A stretch of DNA of 63,954 nt, counting the filler, from Aduncisulcus paluster (Eukaryota), in the NCBI GenBank assembly GCA_024181965.1. It is 7 parts of 7 records of this genome, joined end to end, with 100 filler letters (N's around TTAATTAATTAA, not from the genome) between each part and the next. Parts side by side here need not be neighbours in the genome. Positions count along the whole stretch, not along the records: positions 55,959 to 61,662 come from BQXS01011577.1; positions 61,763 to 63,954 come from BQXS01011582.1; 5 more parts are not named here. One strand, written 5' to 3'. The notes under the pieces are model-generated. The model was not told the DNA's origin. It searched no databases and saw nothing but the letters and a program-made list of their open reading frames with translations. The number at the start of each line of letters is the position of its first letter. The stretch's first letter is position 1. Shown here piece by piece: positions 59,939 through 63,954 of this stretch. A program made the translations under genes and the position numbers.

Positions 59939-61662
59939 ATGGAACTAAATGAAGCATTTTACGCCTTCAATCAATCTGTTAAGGAAGCCTTTGGCGAGTC
60001 TGAAGAGGAAGGTGATGATATTATTCGAGATATATGTATCTCAGCAAATTCAATTGCTGTAAAATACAAAGAATTGGATCGGCATCAACAAGCTATTCCT
60101 TATAATTTAGTTGATCTTTTATTGTCACTTGAATTAGATAATCCTAATGATCTTCTCATTCCAGTGCAAAATCTCTCCCAAAACTTCCATGCTTTAATGA
60201 ATTATCCAATGTCACAATATTTGTGCGATTTAATATTTGCAGCATACCCTCATTTCATCGATAAAGCTTCAGAAAATGCTGGAACTTTTGAAGCTCTCCA
60301 AACCGTCTTGTTTTCGACCGTTACCTTGTCTTTGGAACTTATAACAGCAGGAAATAGGCAGGATGGAGATTATTCAACCTTTTTTATGCGATCTCTTGCG
60401 CTTAACTTGCTATCTTCCGATTTATTAAAATTAAAAGGTGAAAACCTCCTTTCCAGCGTCCCAACGTATAAAATATTTCGTAAACATGAACTATCCGATG
60501 AAACAGAAGATGTTATCACGTGGATATCTTCTCTATGTGAATTTTCAAGCTTGTTTACAATCATCCTTCGTGTTTCGGTAATATTTTGCCACAATATCAA
60601 ATCAGATATTCAGGATTTAATGCGATTAATTAATGTTCTGACGTGTATTTATAACCATTCCAGGACCATTCAGTTAAAATGTTCTGTTCTTGAGCGATTG
60701 TTACAATTATACGATTCTTACATAATATTCTCTAAAGAATGCGATATAGACCTTGTTCTAAGTCGTTTGAAAAGTATTAAAACCGATATATACGCTAAAA
60801 GCTCCGTTAATAGATATGTCTTATCAGCAAAAAAAGAATTACACCGTGTATTATTTCATGCTTTTTTGCAACCCTCATCTCGTCAACAAAAATTGTCTGA
60901 AAGATCATTTAAGCTTGCTGAGGGCTGTTATATGGAAGTGATGGAACTCGAATCGCACAAAGATGGCGGAAATAACGTTTTGTCAACTGAACTAAAAGAG
61001 TATTTTCAATTGTCTTTATCTGCCTATAATTCACGCAAGAAATACCAAGATTTAATTGAGTCTTTTGACAAATATGCTGCCCAAGATTACTCTTCTTCTT
61101 CTTCTTCTTCTTCTTCTTCACATCCTTTTTCTGATATGGAAATACAATTAACTGCTTTGGAAACTATGGAGATAAGAGATTATCCAAATTTAGAACAAAT
61201 GAGAAGAAAGATGAGGTCACGAATTGTCAAAATGGATCTATCCAAATATTCTCCTTCTCTTCCTTCTTCTTCTTCTTCTTCTTCCTCTTCCTCTTCCTCT
61301 TCCTCTTCCTTGGTAATCGAACAATGTCTTTCACCTTTATATCTGTATTCTTTTACAACTCTAAAGATCAGTGAATTGTGTTTGGTGAAAGGAGAGTATT
61401 CTCGGGCTATAAAACTTACGAAGGGGTTAATTGGAATAATCATTTCATGGATCAGAAGATTATATGGTCCAAAAATAGATCAGCAATCAGTTGGTGAGAA
61501 AGAAAGAACAATGAAAGACATTAAGAAGAAGAATGATACAAAGAAAGAGGAAGAGAAAGTATTGTCAAAGAGAGTAAGGTTTGAGGAAGATGATACTCTA
61601 ATTATAGAACATTCTGAGAAACTAGATCATTCCCATCCTCATATTGCTGGTATTTCTGGTGC
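59939..61662 (+). CDS. Hypothetical alpha-helical protein, 3' truncated
   Basis: Leu-rich ORF of more than 570 codons with poly-S tracts. Confidence 0.65.
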
Positions 61663-61762
61663 NNNNNNNNNNNNNNNNNNNNNNNNNNNNNNNNNNNNNN
61701 NNNNNNTTAATTAATTAANNNNNNNNNNNNNNNNNNNNNNNNNNNNNNNNNNNNNNNNNNNN

Positions 61763-62929
61763 GACTCACTCACGCCCTCATTGAAGGTCACACTACTCGA
61801 TGCAAGTGACTGTGGTCGGGAAGGCAAACCTATTCTTGCTGCTGCTATTCTAATTCGTGAGGGTCTGTTTGCAAGTGCTATCAGGGTTCTTGATGAGGGT
61901 GGATGTGCTGGAATTGCTGTTATATTGATGATTATGACTGGAATATTCTCCCTTAACGAGTGCCTAGCAGTGCTCAGACACGTTGCTTATGGTTCTGAGG
62001 ATGAAACATGGATTCCAAAGGAAGATATTCGAAAGGGATCCACAATTAAACTTCGTGAAGGCAGAGCTTCTGTCGTAAATTCATATTTCGACCTTATCGA
62101 GTCAAATTGCTCAAAGGGGATTTCTCAGTCGAAGAAATCAAAGTTCTGTGCCAAGGAGAGATTATTGTTCCTTGCTCGCAACAATCATCGTAATTCTTCC
62201 ACTTTTGACGACTCTTTAACAAAATCTGAATGTTACCGTCAAGCCATTGCTTCAAAATCTCTAATACCGGTTACAGATGATGAAGTGCGTGATGTGTCTC
62301 CCCAAGAAGTACTGTGGCTTTTGTTGAATGGTAAATTGTCCCATGTGGCCTCTTGTGTGCTCTGTTTGATGAGGAATGTTCTTAAACAAAGACCAATTAA
62401 TCCCAAATCTCTTAATGTGTGTAAATCCTGCTGTGATGAGATCAGAGGCTTCTCACTGCGTAAAGTTCCCAAGAATGTTCGGTCTGGATTGTGTCTCCTT
62501 TCTGCAACATGTGGGTTGATATTATCTCTATCTGAGTGTTCACGGGAGATTGAGGCCACTCTTGCTGCTTCCCTAGAATACCAATTGGGTCATTTATCCA
62601 ATGCCCATGGTAACGATGTGAGTATTGTGCGTCAGGTACTTGTGGATCGGCAGAGACATGTGTTTGATGCCATGAGGAAGAATATTTCTGGAACTCTCCA
62701 CAAGCCATGGTTAAATGTTTTCCCACGTGGTTCCATTTCTGCTCTTGAGACTGTGGAACGTAGTCATTTAGTGAGCACTCTTAGTGGACAAAAGTTCTTA
62801 AATAACATGGTTAGAGTGGCTCCTGGTGTCAATGTGACCGTTTTTGAGCTGTATTCGTGGTCAAAATATGGCTTAATGTGGCCTGATGGGGAATGTGAAA
62901 TCACTATTCTGAGAAGTAACATGATTTAA
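61763..62929 (+). CDS. C-terminal fragment, possibly WDR17-like
   Basis: The terminus STLSGQKF...VTVFELYSWSKYGLMWPDG loosely resembles the WDR17 end (SCLTGLKI...ISLNDALMWAKVNPFSPLG). Confidence 0.35.
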   Translation, partial: DSLTPSLKVTLLDASDCGREGKPILAAAILIREGLFASAIRVLDEGGCAGIAVILMIMTGIFSLNECLAVLRHVAYGSEDETWIPKEDIRKGSTIKLREGRASVVNSYFDLIESNCSKGISQSKKSKFCAKERLLFLARNNHRNSSTFDDSLTKSECYRQAIASKSLIPVTDDEVRDVSPQEVLWLLLNGKLSHVASCVLCLMRNVLKQRPINPKSLNVCKSCCDEIRGFSLRKVPKNVRSGLCLLSATCGLILSLSECSREIEATLAASLEYQLGHLSNAHGNDVSIVRQVLVDRQRHVFDAMRKNISGTLHKPWLNVFPRGSISALETVERSHLVSTLSGQKFLNNMVRVAPGVNVTVFELYSWSKYGLMWPDGECEITILRSNMI

Positions 62930-63780
62930 TCGAGATTCATGAATCGACATAAGTTGTGAACAACCCTTAGTTATAATAGTAAATTATCATTACTCAGCTG
63001 GATCAAGTAAACCAACACTATATACTGTCGTACAGCGGTTTTTATGATCAAATAATGACATCAATCTCAATTATAAAGCTCAATATTATAGAGCTCAATA
63101 TTATAGAATAACACAGTGTTATTAACACTCTTTGCATAAAGCACTGCCAAGGTAAATCTACCAATATCGCATAAAGAATACGATCAAGAAACATCAATGA
63201 AATATAATAGACACCATATTTTTGTGAAAGATTAATCTCACAGACCTTGTAGAAAGATGAAATTGAATCTGTCACAGATTGAGATAATTTGTGTCAATAG
63301 CAGGTTGGATATCCATATTAATTCAATATGAAGGAATAAAAATTATTTCATGACGAAAAAAAACATCAGAGAAATCCTCCAAAGATATTGATTGCTGACA
63401 AAATCGTTTGAAAGTTTCGATTTCAGATTTCGTTCGTTTTGTCCGACACTTCCCTCAGAAATCTTCTTTATCCTCCACTCTTTGAGAATATTTTGCTTGG
63501 GGTGGCCATAATAGTATGTGTTTGTGCGAGATATTGATGGGTTTGCATTGTCATTATTTCTCAAGGGGAATATGATGAATTCAAAACAATATTTATCAAC
63601 ATTTATATTGCACTTTTATAAAACATCTCTATTATAATGAATATCATTTCAATTATCTTTTCTTATATCCCTGTCTCTTCTTTTATTTCTTCGGAATCAA
63701 ACTCCGATTCGACCCCAAAGGAACTAGTAATAATAATAATAATCGATTCAAACCAAAAACAATTCAATATAGTTAAATCA

Positions 63781-63954
63781 ATGTCTCAACTCCATCAACC
63801 TCAAGTTTCCCCAATTCCTCAGAAAGCTCACGCTCAGCTTAAAGCTTTGATAGAATCTATCAAACAATCACCAAATTCATCCGACTTAAAATGCATCTAT
63901 GAAGAAAATATTCCCCATCTAAAGACAATTTTCAAAGATTTTACAAGCCTTCAG
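63781..63954 (+). CDS. 5' end of a hypothetical protein (runs off the window)
   Basis: ATG after an AT-rich region; 58 open codons MSQLHQPQVSPIPQKAHAQLKALIESIK... Confidence 0.6.
   Translation, partial: MSQLHQPQVSPIPQKAHAQLKALIESIKQSPNSSDLKCIYEENIPHLKTIFKDFTSLQ

Noticed and set aside
63048..63564. Short minus-strand ORFs as a gene or pseudogene
   Set aside because: The ORFs start at GTG/TTG rather than ATG, and I found no convincing splice sites or recognisable homology.

Overview
This is gene-dense eukaryotic (protist) genomic DNA using the standard genetic code, with short GT-AG spliceosomal introns (5' GTATG/GTACG). The window is not one locus: it joins seven scaffold pieces with artificial N44-TTAATTAATTAA-N44 spacers, and nine internal 20-N gaps have duplicated flanks, some with allele-like differences. 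Recognisable genes are the LeuRS C-terminus, a B-box protein, Cbf5/dyskerin, Arl3, an IQ-motif protein, a longin/DENN-like protein, Prp4, CDK7, ITPase, tRNA-Gln(CTG), RapGAP, CHMP1/Did2, an ARID protein, eIF5A, an RRM protein, CC2D2A/MKS6, a NEK-like kinase with a multipass membrane C-terminus, TVP23, Sar1, and tentative WDR60-like and WDR17-like fragments. The ciliary genes point to a flagellate. A repeated ~170-aa domain family resembles what I recall from the fornicate Aduncisulcus paluster; this taxon call is an unverified inference. I found no CRISPR array, transposase or prokaryotic-type system. The best leads are (1) a clustered domain family with patchy non-synonymous diversification, (2) an ITPase whose base-recognition residues are replaced, (3) a CHMP1 with a hidden myristoylation-type N-terminus and no MIM1, (4) a kinase-multipass membrane fusion, (5) a dispersed intergenic element built on TACTG/TACTA units, and (6) a GC-rich hairpin that may be an ncRNA.
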